DNA of 64,000 bases from Eledone cirrhosa (lineage: Eukaryota), in NCBI GenBank assembly GCA_964016885.1, contig OZ024764.1:2914001-2978000 (forward strand). Direction: 5' to 3'. The notes under the pieces were generated by a model. It was given only the letters and a program-made list of their open reading frames with translations. It did not search any database and was not told the origin of the DNA. This document shows, piece by piece, positions 1-13,500 of this stretch. A program made the translations under genes and the position numbers. Position 1 is the first letter of the stretch. Each line of letters begins with the position of its first letter.

Positions 1-1787
1 CTTATCCCTCTTATACACAGTTTCTCTCTCAACACATCACATGTCCATACCATCTCAGTCTTCTCTCCCACACACTACAACTTATTCCTCTTATACACAG
101 TTTCTCTCTCAACGCATCACATGTCCATACCATCTCAGTCTTCTCTCCCACACACTACAACTTATTCCTCTTATACACAGTTTCTCTCTCAACACATCAC
201 ATGTCAATACCATCTGTCTTCTCTCCCACACACTACAACTTATTCCTCTTATACACAGTTTCTCTCTCAACACATCACATGTCCATACCATCTGTCTTCT
301 CTCCCACACACTACAACTTATTCCTCTTATACACAGTTTCTCTCTCAACACACCACATGTCCATACCATCTCAGTCTTCTCTCCCACACACTACAACTTA
401 TTCCTCTTATACACAGTTTCTCTCTCAACACATCACATGTCCATACCATCTGAGTCTTCTCTCCCACACACTACAACTTATTCCTCTTATACGCAGTTTC
501 TCTCTCAACACATCACATGTCAATACCATCTGTCTTCTCTCCCACACACTACAACTTATTCCTCTTATACACAGTTTCTCTCTCAACACATCACATGTCC
601 ATACCATCTGTCTTCTCTCCCACACACTACAACTTATTCCTCTTATACACAGTTTCTCTCTCAACACACCACATGTCCATACCATCTCAGTCTTCTCTCC
701 CACACACTACAGTTTATCCATCTTATACCCAGTTTCTCTCTCAACTCATCACATGTCCATATCATTGCAGTCTTCTCTCCCTCACACTACAACTTATCCT
801 TCTTATACACAGTTTCTCTCTCAACACATCACATGTCCATACCATCTCAGTCTTCTCTCCCACACCACAACTTATTCCTCTTATACCCAGTTTCTCTCTC
901 AACTCATCACATGTCCATACCATCTCAGTTTACTCTCCCACACACCACAACTTATCGCTCTTATACCCAGTTTCACTCTCAACACATCACATGTCCATAC
1001 CATCTCAGTCTTCTCTCCCACACACTACAACTTATCCCTCTTATACCCAGTTTCTCTCTCAACACATCACATGTCCATACCATCTCAGTCTTCTCTCCCA
1101 CACACTACAGTTTATCCCTCTTATACCCAGTTTATCTCTCAACACATCACATGTCCATACCATCTCAGTCTTCTCTCCCACACACTACAACTTATCCCTC
1201 TTATACCCAGTTTCACTCTCAACACATCACATGTCCATACCATCTCAGTCTTCTCTCCCACACACTACAACTTATCCCTCTTATACCCAGTTTCTCTCTC
1301 AACACATCATATGTCCATACCATCGCAGTCTTCTCTCCCACACACTACAACTTATCCCTCTTATACCCAGTTTCTCTCTCAACACATCACATGTCCATAC
1401 CATCTCAGTCTTCTCTCCCTCACACTACAACTTATCCCTCTTATACACAGTTTCTCTCTCAACACATCACATGTCCATACCATCTCAGTCTTCTCTCCCT
1501 CACACTACAACTTATCCCTCTTATACACAGTTTCTCTCTCAACTCATCACATGTCCATACCATCTCAGTCTTCTCTCCCTCACACTACAACTTATCCCTC
1601 TTATACACAGTTTCTCTCTCAACTCATCACATGTCCATACCATCTCAGTCTTCTCTCCCACACACTACAGCTTATCCCTCTTATACACAGTTTCTCTCTC
1701 ACCACATCACATGTCCATACCATCGCAGTCTTCTCTCCCACACACTACAACTTATCCCTCTTATACACAGTTTCTCTCTCAACTCAT
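1..1787 (-). repeat. ~80-bp (78-80) minisatellite, about 22 copies in the window, running off the left edge; derived from RTE LINE family A
   Basis: The minus-strand unit reads LREKLGIRGISCSVWERRLRWYGHVMC, the same segment present once at ~3000-3080 and ~10255-10320. Confidence 0.93.
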
Positions 1788-1915
1788 CTATACTTGGTCA
1801 ATAATGCACATCCAACGGAGCATGCTTGCTTCATTTCTCTCCAGCCGTCACATATCCTCTACAGTTGCTGCCCATGTCTCACAACCATGCAGCATCGCGC
1901 ATCTCACACAGCATA
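1788..1915 (-). mobile_element. RTE LINE family A fragment hosting the 80-bp array
   Basis: Minus strand encodes VRCAMLHGCETWAATVEDM.RLERNEASMLRWMC, contiguous with the array. Confidence 0.85.
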
Positions 1916-1917
1916 TG

Positions 1918-2131
1918 AATCATCATCATCATCGTTTAACGCCCATCTTCCAAGCTAGCATGGGTTAGACGATTTTGTTCCATTTGATGCGGTAATGGTC
2001 GGGAGACCGTGTCTCGCTCGAACGCAAGTGTCTCTGGCAGGTTTTTTACAGCTGGATGCCCTTCCTAACATCAACCACATTTACAGTTTGGACTGGGAAT
2101 CTTTTTACCGTGTCTCCTACATGACCACATT
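1918..2131 (-). mobile_element. SINE-like element with RTE-type (GAT)n tail; single copy of the 49-bp motif
   Basis: (CAT)n followed by CGTTTAACGCCCATCTTCC. Near-identical to 16648-16850. Confidence 0.75.
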
Positions 2132-2642
2132 ACACACATATATATATATATATAAGAAGACCTGGGATGAGGTGATAAAAGCCGACCTTACTCAATTACA
2201 CTTCTCAAAGGTGATGACACACGACCGTGACCTCTGGCATCACGCAGTAATACAGAAGACCTGACCACCCATAGGTCAAGTCGAAGTTGAAGCATATAGT
2301 CAATATGCCCGCACATCCTCCCACTGCAAAGTGGTCGTGGAGGCGCCACGGCAAAAAAGCACCCAGCCCACACTGTAAAGTGGACGTGTAGGCGCCATGA
2401 GGTTGGTGTTAGGAAGGGCATCCAGCTGTAGAAATCAAGCCAGAATCAGTTCCCGTATGAGCAAGACAAGGTCAGCCGACCGGACACTGCCCACAACAGG
2501 ACAACCCGTCTAACCGATGCTAGCATGGAAGAATGGACGTAAAACGGTGATGATATATATATATAACGAAGGAAATGTGGTAAGGAACCAGGTGGACCAT
2601 AACGCACCAAAGTACTCAATACTTAGGGTAGTAGAGTGGGTA

Positions 2643-2772
2643 ATAGGAACGAGTAGGACCTCGACGGCTGAGCTCAAGCCGTTTCGACGGCTAATTCTGG
2701 ACTAAAATTTTAGTCCAGAATTAGCCGTCAAAACGGCTTGAGCTCAGCCGTCAGGGTCCTACTCGTCCCTAT
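2643..2772. repeat. Spacerless palindrome, ~65-bp arms, centre 2707/2708
   Basis: ...GCTAATTCTGGACTAAAA|TTTTAGTCCAGAATTAGC... with few mismatches. Confidence 0.9.
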
Positions 2773-2776
2773 ATAT

Positions 2777-3229
2777 ATCATCATCATCATCATTTTACGT
2801 CCGCTTTTCCCTGCTTGCAAGGGTGGGACGGGTCTTATTCAGCACAGCATCTCTCCACTCGTCACGGTCCCTCGTCATCTCCACCGTGAGCTTCAATGAT
2901 CTGAGGTCTGTTCTCACCACCTCCGCCCATGTTTTTCGTGGTCTACCTCTACCACGTCTTCCTTCAACTGGCACTTCTTCACCCATCGGTCATCCTCCAT
3001 GCGCATCACATGTCCATACCACCTCAGTCTCCTCTCCCGTACACTACATTCTATCCCTCTCAGACACAGTTTCTCTCTGAACACATTTATGCTGGGTCGT
3101 TCACGCACATTTACACTGCACATCCAACGGAGCATGCTTGCCTCATTTCTCTCCAGCCGTCGCATATCCTCTGCGGTTGCTGCCCATGTCTCACTACCAT
3201 GCAGCATCGCGCTCCTCACACAGGCATCA
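2777..3229 (-). mobile_element. RTE LINE family A 3' fragment, unexpanded
   Basis: YDACVRSAMLHGSETW...RRLRWYGHVMRM...GRRGRGRPRKTW followed by a (GAT)n tail. Confidence 0.9.
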
Positions 3230-3293
3230 TATATATATATATATATAAAAACATGAGAAGAATGAATACTGCGTGGTTGCACATGGGTTACAT

Positions 3294-3492
3294 ATGATAA
3301 AAATAGTCCTTCATCAGTTGCGTTGCTATCCTTCTATGTTTGTTTACTTGTCTCGCTCGCTTTACGCGATTTACTTGTCCCAATAGCTTTATTTAGCTAT
3401 TGCTCGCACCAACTGGAGGTATATGATTTTTAAAGCGATGAAATACCAATGAAGGTTGGAAAATCACTGATGAAGGACTATTTTTTTATCAT
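3294..3492. mobile_element. Small MITE with ~25-bp terminal inverted repeats next to (TA)n
   Basis: ATGATAAAAATAGTCCTTCATCAGT ... ACTGATGAAGGACTATTTTTTTATCAT. Confidence 0.6.
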
Positions 3493-3515
3493 ATATATAT
3501 ATATATATATATATA

Positions 3516-3758
3516 TAGTAAGGTGCTATTGGATTACATTCACATGTGGTATGCCAAGATAAGCACTTGTTGCTATTGAGGAGCAGAGTATCAGTAATAA
3601 TTAGGGAACAAACAATCAGTGTTGCATCATTTACATATTTAATTACATATTACACATGTTTCACTGTCGATCAGCTCGAGGTATGATTGATTATGTTCGT
3701 TTCCTGACTCTGGAATCGTAAGCTCTTCAGATATGTTCTTACATGTGGACTCACGTCC
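3516..3758 (+). mobile_element. Unclassified ~240-bp interspersed repeat, TA-flanked; second copy at 63644-63884
   Basis: Both copies start TAGTAA(A)GGTGCTATTGGAT and end GTGGACTCACGTCC. Confidence 0.75.
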
Positions 3759-3794
3759 CAAAACACCAACCATGTTTAGCAAGCATAAAACTGA

Positions 3795-4815
3795 TAACAT
3801 CGTGAGTTCGATTCTCGAACCGAACTTTGTGTTGTTTCCTTGAGCAAGACACTTTATTTCACATTGCTCCAGTTTACTCAGTTGTAGAAATGAGATGTCA
3901 CGTCACTGGTACCAAGCTGTATCAGCCATTGCCTTTCCTTTGGACTACATATATACTCTAGTGTATATCATCATCATCATCATCATTTTATGTCCGCTTT
4001 TCCCTGCTTGCAAGGGTATATATATATGGTATATATATACACGATATATATATATATCGTGTGTAAAATGTATATACCTAGTATATAATGTATATATACA
4101 CAAGCGGTATCAGCCATTACCTTTCCCTTGGACAACATATATAGTGTAGTGTATGTATATGGTGTGTAAAGTATATATATAGTATGTATATAATATATTG
4201 TGATTTCACTGGTACCAAGCTGTATCAGCCATAGCCTGTCCCTTGGACAACATATATAGTACATATAGTATACACGTAGTGCATATATACAGTATATAAT
4301 ATATATAGTATATATTGTATATATACAGTGTATATATTGTCATGTTAGTGGTGCCAAGCTGTATCAGCCATTTCCTTTCTCTTGGACAACATATATAGTG
4401 TAGTGTATCATCATCATCATCATCATTTCATTTTACGTCCGCTTTTTCCCAGCTTGCAAGGGTGGAACGGGAACTGATGCTGGCTTGATTTCTACAGCTG
4501 AATGCCCTTCCTAACACCAACCTCATTTACAGTGAGTGCTGGGTGTTTTTTTGCCGTGGCACCTCCACGACCACTTTGCAAGGCCAATGCTCTAACCACT
4601 AAGCCATGTGCCTCCATATATGTTATGTTACTGGTGCCAAGCTGTATCAGCCATTGCCTTTCCCTTGGACAACATCAGTGGTGTGGTGAGGAGAGACTGG
4701 TATACATGGGTGACCACTTGTCTTCCACAAACACTCTTGCCCGGACTTATACCACGGAGGGGGAACTTTCTAGGTACAAATCCTATGGTCATTTGTGATA
4801 GTAGGGGGTCTTTAT
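3795..4815 (+). mobile_element. SINE with an internally reiterated segment and a nested deleted SINE (~4408-4615, minus)
   Basis: B box GAGTTCGATTC and core TCCTTGAGCAAGACACTTT. ACTGGTACCAAGCTGTATCAGCC...TTGGACAACAT recurs about 5 times. Confidence 0.65.
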
Positions 4816-5673
4816 CGTATATATATATATATAGAACATCTTATACATCTAAACTATAATAAAGTAAGGAGTGAGGGACTGCATACAGTTTATAATTTTT
4901 TTATTCCCTTAGTAAAATAAGTTGGATTACATTCAATAAATAATGAATGAATATTACATAATTTATCTACTAAATTTCGTGGCTGTTCATTATTTTATTA
5001 CTAAAATTTTCAAATGTCAACACTTCTAGTTAGCGATTGCTTAAATAAACATTCATATATTTCTGTCCCTAATTTTCTCCTAATCCAGTTTATATATAAT
5101 ATCGTCTTTTTTTAATGTATCACTGATTACATAAGAGAGTGTAACACAGTCTTCGTTCAATTTCTGTGTATATTGTCAATTATGATTTTATTTGATGTAT
5201 CATATCTACATGCATATATACTTGCGTAAAATATCAATATACACACTACACATACTAACAGAAAACCACCCGAAGGGTGGTTTTTCTGCTAGTAGCTCTA
5301 ACAGGTCAATAAAATGTTGTTCCCTGGGGATAAATAAAATCTCAAGCAACTTAAATATAAGGAGCCTGACCAAAATCCCTGACCACGAAAACAGACTATA
5401 TTCTCAGGCTTTAAAATATGAAAATTCGGCTTCAGTGTTTTATATTTTATTTGTTTTCTTCGTCTTCACCCACTTATTGCTGAGAGGGTCGTGGGGACAA
5501 AGTCCTCAAACACTCCCTCCAGTGGGTCCTGTCTGAAGCAACTCTCTCCAACTGATCCGGCAGGGTCTCCAAGCGTGAGCAGCGAAGCTCATGGATGTTA
5601 TCCAACCATCTTGCTCGGGGTCTACCCCTGGGTCTCCTACCTGTTCGTTTTTGCCTTTAAAATTCGTTCCACA

Positions 5674-7061
5674 ATTCTTTTGTGAGACATTCTAACCAGA
5701 TGTCTGTAGTATCAGAGCTGTGGTATCTCAATTCAGAGATTCTTTCCTGAGACATTCTAACCACATGTCTGTAGTGTCAGAGCTGTGATCTCTCAATTCA
5801 GAGATTCTTTCCTGAGACGTTCTAACCACGTCTGTAGTAACAGAGCTGTGGACTCTCAATTAGTAGATTCTTTCCTGAGACATTCTAACCACATGTCTGT
5901 AGTATCAGAGCTGTGATCTCTCAATTCAGAGATTCTTTCCTGAGATGTTCTAACCACATGTCTGTAGTATCAGAGCTGTGATCTCTCAATTCAGAGATTC
6001 TTTCCTCAGATATTCTAACCACATGTCTGTAGTATCAGAGCTGTGATCTCTCAATCCAGAGATTCTTTCCTGAGACATTCTAACCACATGTCTGTAGTAT
6101 CAGAGCTGTGATCTCTCAATTCAGAGATACTTCCTGGGACATTCTAAACTCATGTCTGTAGTATCAGAGCTGTGATCTCTCAATTCAGAGATTCTTTCCT
6201 GAGACATTCTAACCACATGTCTGTAGTATCAGAGCTGTGATCTCTCAATTCAGAGATTCTTTCCTGAGACATTCTAACCACATGTCTGTAGTATCAGAGC
6301 TGTGATCTCTCAATTCAGAGATTCTTTCCTCAGACATTCTAACCACATGTCTGTATTATCAGAGCTGTGATCTCTCAATTCAGAGATTCTTTCCTGAGAC
6401 ATTCTAACCACATGTCTGTAGTATCAGAGCTGTGGTCTCTCAATTCAGAGATTCTTACCTGAGACATTCTAACCACTTGTCTGTAGTGTCAGAGCTGTGA
6501 TCTCTCAATTAGTAGATTCTTTCCTGAGACATTCTAACCACATGTCTGTAGTATCAGAGCTGTGATCTCTCAATCCAGAGATTCTTACCTGAGACATTCT
6601 AACCACATGTCTGTAGTATCAGAGCTGTGATCTCTCAATTCAGAGATACTTCCTGGGACATTCTAACCACATGTCTGTAGTATCAGAGCTGTGATCTCTC
6701 AATTCAGAGATACTTCCTGGGACATTCTAACCACATGTCTGTAGTATTAGAGCTGTGATCTCTCAATTCAGAGATTCTTTCCTGGGACATTCTAATCACA
6801 TGTCTGTAGTATCAGAGCTGTGATCTCTCAATTCAGAGATACTTCCTGGGACATTCTAACCAGATGTCCATAGTATCAGAGCTGTGATCTCTCAATTCAG
6901 AGATTCTTTCCTGAGACATTCTAACCACATGTCTGTAGTATCAGAGCTGTGATCTCTCAATTCAGAGATTCTTTCCTGAGACATTCTAACCACATGTCTG
7001 TAGTATCAGAGCTGTGATCTCTCAATCCAGAGATTCTTTCTTGAGACATTCTAATCAGATG
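5674..7061. repeat. 65-bp minisatellite, about 21 copies (left part of array 1)
   Basis: Unit GAGACATTCTAACCACATGTCTGTAGTATCAGAGCTGTGATCTCTCAATTCAGAGATTCTTTCCT. Confidence 0.95.
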
Positions 7062-10000
7062 GGGGTGGATGGAGGCTCCGTAAGCCGTAGAGTAGGCAAC
7101 CCGTCTAGGAGAGCTACCACTCCGAATAAATTGGTGCGGCATAGAGAAGTCCCCTAAGTAAGAGAACTTCCCTAGTGCTGGTGGCATGAATAAAAGTACT
7201 CTGTTCATGCTGTAAAATGGAGGGGTAAAGAGGGCCCTGAGTCCAGTAACACAACCTCTCTAGTGCTGGTGGCACGAATAAAAGCACCCAGTCCATGCTG
7301 TAAAATGGAGAGGTGGATATGGCCCCTGAGTCCAGTAAGACGATCTCTCTAGTACTGGTGCATGAATAAAAGCACCCAGTCCATGCTGTAAAGTGGTGCT
7401 GGTGTTAGGAAGGGCATCCAACCAGTATATATACTACTGCCAAACACTATGAACACAACAAATGAAATTTGCAACAACTGCGTAAACAGCAATAACACTA
7501 ATCATGTTAGGGCTGCGCACGGTAGTGGGGTGGCAGGCGAGGCCATGTGCGAGAACCAAGACTGTTATCAAGCAATCACACAACAGGAAAAAGAACGAGA
7601 CGTAGCATCTCAGAGTTGCCACACTTAATGTTGGCACTCTAAAAGGTAGATCTGGTGAGATAGCGGAGATGCTGGAGAGAAGACATGTGGATGTGTGCTG
7701 TGTGCAAGAGGTGAGATGGAGAGGTGCCTCTGCAAGACTACTCGCAGGCAAACATCTTAGTTATAAGCTTTTCTGGGTGGGTAATGATGATGGGTTAGGT
7801 GGGGTGGGCATATTACTGGCTGAGAGATGGATCGATAAGACAATAGGGGTAGTTAGAGTTAGTAATAGAATAATTAAGCTTAGATTAGTTGTAAGCAAGA
7901 GACTACTGACAATCATCTCTGCCTATGCTCCCCAGGCAGGCCTAGGTAAAGAAGAGAAAGACTGCTTTTACGAGCAACTTTTACAAACAGCCTCAATGAC
8001 AGAGGACGGAGACATCATTATGCTAGCAGGGGACTTCAATGGACATGTTGGACAGCTCCAGGATGGATACACTGGGGTACATGGTGGGCACGGTTACGGC
8101 TCAAGAAATGAAGGAGTGAGGCTACTTGAATTTTTTGATGCAAATGCACTAACCATTTGCAACACTAACTTCCAGAAGCCTACCAACCACCTAATAACCT
8201 ACAAATCAGGCGAGCACATAAGCCAGATTGACTCCCTGCTAGTTAGACAACAAGACAGACAGATGGTGTCAAATACTAAGGCATACCCTGGGGAAGAATG
8301 TACCCCACAGCATAGGTTAGTCGTTAGTGACATCTCAGTAAGCAAGAGAAAGAATGAGACATACAGGAAGGTGTGGAAAAGAAAGGTCTGGAAGCTAAAA
8401 GACCCTTTCATTAAAATATAAATTTAGCAAAGCCCTTCAAGACGTGTATGACAAAAAGGAAGACGATTTAGAGTTGTATGACAGATAATAACTGGAATTT
8501 CTTACGTGACAACTTACTGCAGGCTACTGAAGAAACTTGTAGTTGGGGCAGAGCTTCAACCAGACAGAGAGTGACCTGGTGGTGGAACAGCACGGTAGAT
8601 AGGTCCATTAGAGACAAAAGACTGGCATGGAAGGCTTGGAAAAAGGGTGGGAGTAGAGAAGGATATACAGCTGCTAAGAGAGAAGCTAGACGTCAGGTGT
8701 ACTTAGCACATAGGGAGGCTGAGAGTAGGAGGTTTGCCAATGTTCTGCAACGGGAAGATCAGAGACATGCAGTGTTCCACATTGCAAGGCATTGTGTCAA
8801 TGCAAATCAGGATGTTGTTGGAGATAAGTGTGTCCGGCATGATGCCGGTGTACTTAGTGTCATGAATGATCAGAAAAAGGAGGCCTGGAAATGTCATTAT
8901 GAGAGACTGATGAATGTGGAGAACGAATGGGAGAGAGAGAAATTACCCCCAGTAGACCTAACAGAGGGACCAGCTATTGAGATTGACGAATATAGGGTAC
9001 AAGAAACAATTAAAGAAATGAAGAATGGTAAGGCTGCTGGACCGTCGGGGATAGTTGCTGAGATGCTGAAGGCATCAGGGGACGTAGGCACTAAACTGGT
9101 TGCACGCATCATCAATCAGGCTATATATGGTGGTGTCATACCCAATGACTGGTGCAGCAGTATTCTCATATCATAAATTGCTACAAAGGTAAAAGGGATG
9201 CTCTAGAGAGGAGCAATTATAGGGGCATAAAGCTGATGGATCAGGTTATGAAAGTGGCACAGAGAATATTAGCGCAACTGATTAGAGAAAGGGTCAAACT
9301 AGATGAGATGCAGTTTGGTTTTGTGCCTGGGAAAAGTACAACAGATGCCCTCTTCTTGGTGAGACAATTAGGTAGAAACTAGGTGTAGAGAAATGGCTTG
9401 TGAGGATAGTGCAAGCTATGTACAGGGGTGCTGTCAGTAAAGTGAGAGTAGGTATGGAGTTTAGTGAGGAATTCCAGATACAAGTAGGTGTACATCAGGG
9501 TTCGGTCCTCAGCCTGCTCTTGTTCATTATAGTCCTCCAAGCCATAACAGAGGAGTTTAAGACTGGATGCCCCCGGGAACTTCTCTATGCTGATGATCTG
9601 GTTCTTATAGCAGAATCAGTAGAGGAGCTAGAGAATAAATTCTGGCTCTGGAAATGGCCGTTAGAATCAAGAGGACTGAGAGTGAACCTAGCTAAGACAA
9701 AAGTGTTAATATGTAGAAAAGAAGACAAAACTGTCATTCCATCAGGGAAATGGCCTTGTTCAATATGTAGGAAAGGAACTGGCATAAATTTCATAAAATG
9801 TACTCAATGCAGATCTTGGGTACACGAAAGATAGTGGGATAGCAGGCAAACTAACAGGTAGGGAAAACTACATATACAGTAGATGTACAGGGAAAGTTGG
9901 CAGTAGTAATTGCAGTGATAGACACATTTTTCCAATGCAGGTGGGTTCTATAGAAGTGGTGGGTAGCTTCTGGTACCTTCGTGATCAGATTAGCATGGGA

Positions 10001-10548
10001 GAGGGCGTGGGGTTGTTCCGAGTCCATAGTATCTAGAATAAGGACGGGTTCGAAGAAGTTTAGGGAGCTGCTTCCTTTGTTGACAAAGAAGAGTTTCTCC
10101 ACGTGTAGGAAAGGGCGGTGAGATGTGCCATGCTGCATGGTAGTGAGACATGGGCAGCAACTGCAGAGGATATGCGATGGCTGGAGAGAAATGAAGCAAG
10201 TATGCTCCGTTTGATGTGCAATGTCAGTGTGTGTGAACGACCAAGCATAGACAAGTTGAGAAAGAAACTGGGTATAAGAGGGATAAGTTGTAGTGTGCAG
10301 GAGAGAAGACTGTGATGTACATGGAGGATGACCGCTGGATAAAGAAGAGCCAAGAAATCCCAGCAGAAGGAAGACGCAGTAGAGGTAGACCACGAAAAAC
10401 ATGGGTGGAGGTGGTGAGAGCAGACCTCAGATCGCTGAGACTCACCGAGGAGATGACCGTGACAAGTGGAGAGATGCTGTGCTGAATAGGACCTGTCCAA
10501 CCCTTGCAAGCAGGGAAAAGCAGACGTAAAATGATGATGATGATGATG
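7062..10548 (+). mobile_element. Near-full-length degenerate RTE-clade LINE (family A): APE endonuclease and reverse transcriptase
   Basis: APE motifs TLNVGTL, VQEVRW, SAYAPQ, GDFNGH, SQID, QHRLVV. RT motifs KAAGPSG, NYRGIKL, QFGF, GVHQGSVLS, YADD, VNLAKTK. Cys-rich CSIC..CTQC..WVH segment and (GAT)n tail. Multiple stops and frameshifts. The 5' boundary (7062-7430) may include a separate SINE-like piece. Confidence 0.93.
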
Positions 10549-13500
10549 TCTGTAGTATCGGAACTTGATCTCTCAATTCAGAGATTCTTTCCTGAGACAT
10601 TCTAACCACATGTCTGTAGTATCAGAGCTGTGATCTCTCAATTCAGAGATTCTTTCCTCAGACATTCTAACCACATGTCTGTAGTATCAGAGCTGTGATC
10701 TCTCAATTCAGAGATTCTTTCCTGAGACATTCTAACCACATGTCTGTAGTATCAGAGCTGTGATCTCTCAATCCAGAGATTCTTACCTGAGACATTATAA
10801 CCACATGTCTGTAGTATCAGAGCTGTGGTCTCTCAATTCAGAGATTCTTTCCTGAGACATTCTAACCACATGTCTGTAGTATCAGAGCTGTGATCTCTCA
10901 ATTCAGAGATTCTTTCCTGAGATATTCTAACCACATGTCTGTAGTATCAGAGCTGTGATCTCTCAATCCAGAGATTCTTTCCTGAGACATTCTAACCACA
11001 TGTCTGTAGTATCAGAGCTGTGATCTCTCAATTCAGAGATTCTTTCCTCAGACATTCTAACCACATGTCTGTAGTATCAAATCTGTGATCTCTCAATTCA
11101 GAGATTCTTTCCTCAGACATTCTAACCACATGTCTGTAGTATCAGAGCTGTGATCTCTCAATCCAGAGATTCTTACCTGAGACATTCTAACCACATGTCT
11201 GTAGTATCAGAGCTGTGGTCTCTCAATTCAGAGATTCTTTCCTGAGACATTCTAACCACATGTCTGTAGTATCAGAGCTGTGATCTCTCAATTCAGAGAT
11301 TCTTTCCTCAGACATTCTAACCACATGTCTGTAGTATCAGAGCTGTGATCTCTCAATTCAGAGATTCTTTCCTGAGACATTCTAACCACATGTCTGTAGT
11401 ATCAGAGCTGTGATCTCTCAATTCAGAGATTCTTTCCTCAGACATTCTAACCACATGTCTGTAGTATCAGAACTGTGATCTCTCAATTCAGAGATTCTTT
11501 CCTCAGACATTCTAACCACATGTCTGTAGTATCAGAGCTGTGATCTCTCAATTCAGAGATTCTTTCCTCAGACATTCTAACCGCATGTCTGTAGTATCAG
11601 AGCTGTGATCTCTCAATTCAGAGATTCTTTCCTGAGACATTCTAACCACATGTCTGTAGTATCAGAGCTGTGATCTCTCAATTCAGAGATTCGTTCCTCA
11701 GACATTATAACCACATGTCTGTAGTATCAGAGCTGTGATCTCTCAATTCAGAGATTCTTTCCTGAGACATTCTAACCACATGTCTGTAGTATCAGAGCTG
11801 TGATCTCTCAATTCAGAGATTCTTTCCTGAGACATTCTAACCACATGTCTGTAGTATCAGAGCTGTGATCTCTCAATTCAGAGATTCGTTCCTCAGACAT
11901 TCTAACCACATGTCTGTAGTATCAGAGCTGTGATCTCTCAATTCAGAGATTCGTTCCTCAGACATTCTAACCACATGTCTGTAGTATCAGAGCTGTGATC
12001 TCTCAATTCAGAGATTCTTTCCTGAGACATTCTAACCACATGTCTGTAGTATCAGAGCTGTGATCTCTCAATTCAGAGATTCTTTCCTGAGACATTCTAA
12101 CCACATGTCTGTAGTATCAGAGCTGTGATCTCTCAATTCAGAGATTCGTTCCTCAGACATTCTAACCACATGTCTGTAGTATCAGAGCTGTGATCTCTCA
12201 ATTCAGAGATTCTTTCCTGAGACATTCTAACCACATGTCTGTAGTATCAGAGCTGTGATCTCTCAATTCAGAGATTCTTTCCTGAGACATTCTAACCACA
12301 TGTCTGTAGTATCAGAGCTGTGATCTCTCAATTCAGAGATTCGTTCCTCAGACATTCTAACCACATGTCTGTAGTATCAGAGCTGTGATCTCTCAATTCA
12401 GAGATTCGTTCCTCAGACATTCTAACCACATGTCTGTAGTATCAGAGCTGTGATCTCTCAATTCAGAGATTCTTTCCTGAGACATTCTAACCACATGTCT
12501 GTAGTATCAGAGCTGTGATCTCTCAATTCAGAGATTCTTTCCTGAGACATTCTAACCACATGTCTGTAGTATCAGAGCTGTGATCTCTCAATTCAGAGAT
12601 TCGTTCCTCAGACATTCTAACCACATGTCTGTAGTATCAGAGCTGTGATCTCTCAATTCAGAGATTCTTTCCTCAGACATTCTAACCACATGTCTGTAGT
12701 ATCAGAGCTGTGATCTCTCAATTCAGAGATTCTTTCCTCAGACATTCTAACCGCATGTCTGTAGTATCAGAGCTGTGATCTCTCAATTCAGAGATTCTTT
12801 CCTGAGACATTCTAACCACATGTCTGTAGTATCAGAGCTGTGATCTCTCAATTCAGAGATTCGTTCCTCAGACATTCTAACCACATGTCTGTAGTATCAG
12901 AGCTGTGATCTCTCAATTCAGAGATTCTTTCCTGAGACATTCTAACCACATGTCTGTAGTATCAGAGCTGTGATCTCTCAATTCAGAGATTCTTTCCTGA
13001 GACATTCTAACCACATGTCTGTAGTATCAGAGCTGTGATCTCTCAATTCAGAGATTCGTTCCTCAGACATTCTAACCACATGTCTGTAGTATCAGAGCTG
13101 TGATCTCTCAATTCAGAGATTCTTACCTGAGACATTATAACCACATGTCTGTAGTATCAGAGCTGTGGTCTCTCAATTCAGAGATTCTTTCCTGAGACAT
13201 TCTAACCACATGTCTGTAGTATCAGAGCTGTGATCTCTCAATTCAGAGATTCTTTCCTGAGATATTCTAACCACATGTCTGTAGTATCAGAGCTGTGATC
13301 TCTCAATCCAGAGATTCTTTCCTGAGACATTCTAACCACATGTCTGTAGTATCAGAGCTGTGATCTCTCAATTCAGAGATTCTTTCCTCAGACATTCTAA
13401 CCACATGTCTGTAGTATCAAATCTGTGATCTCTCAATTCAGAGATTCTTTCCTCAGACATTCTAACCACATGTCTGTAGTATCAGAGCTGTGATCTCTCA

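Noticed and set aside
41-1968. Three long + strand ORFs (483-587 aa)
   Set aside because: They are the stop-free antisense strand of an 80-bp LINE-derived tandem repeat, open in all three frames, with no sign of a real protein.
7669-9834. Active or domesticated reverse transcriptase gene
   Set aside because: Broken by several stops and frameshifts, and the DLEKAFD-type catalytic motif is missing through a deletion near 9370.
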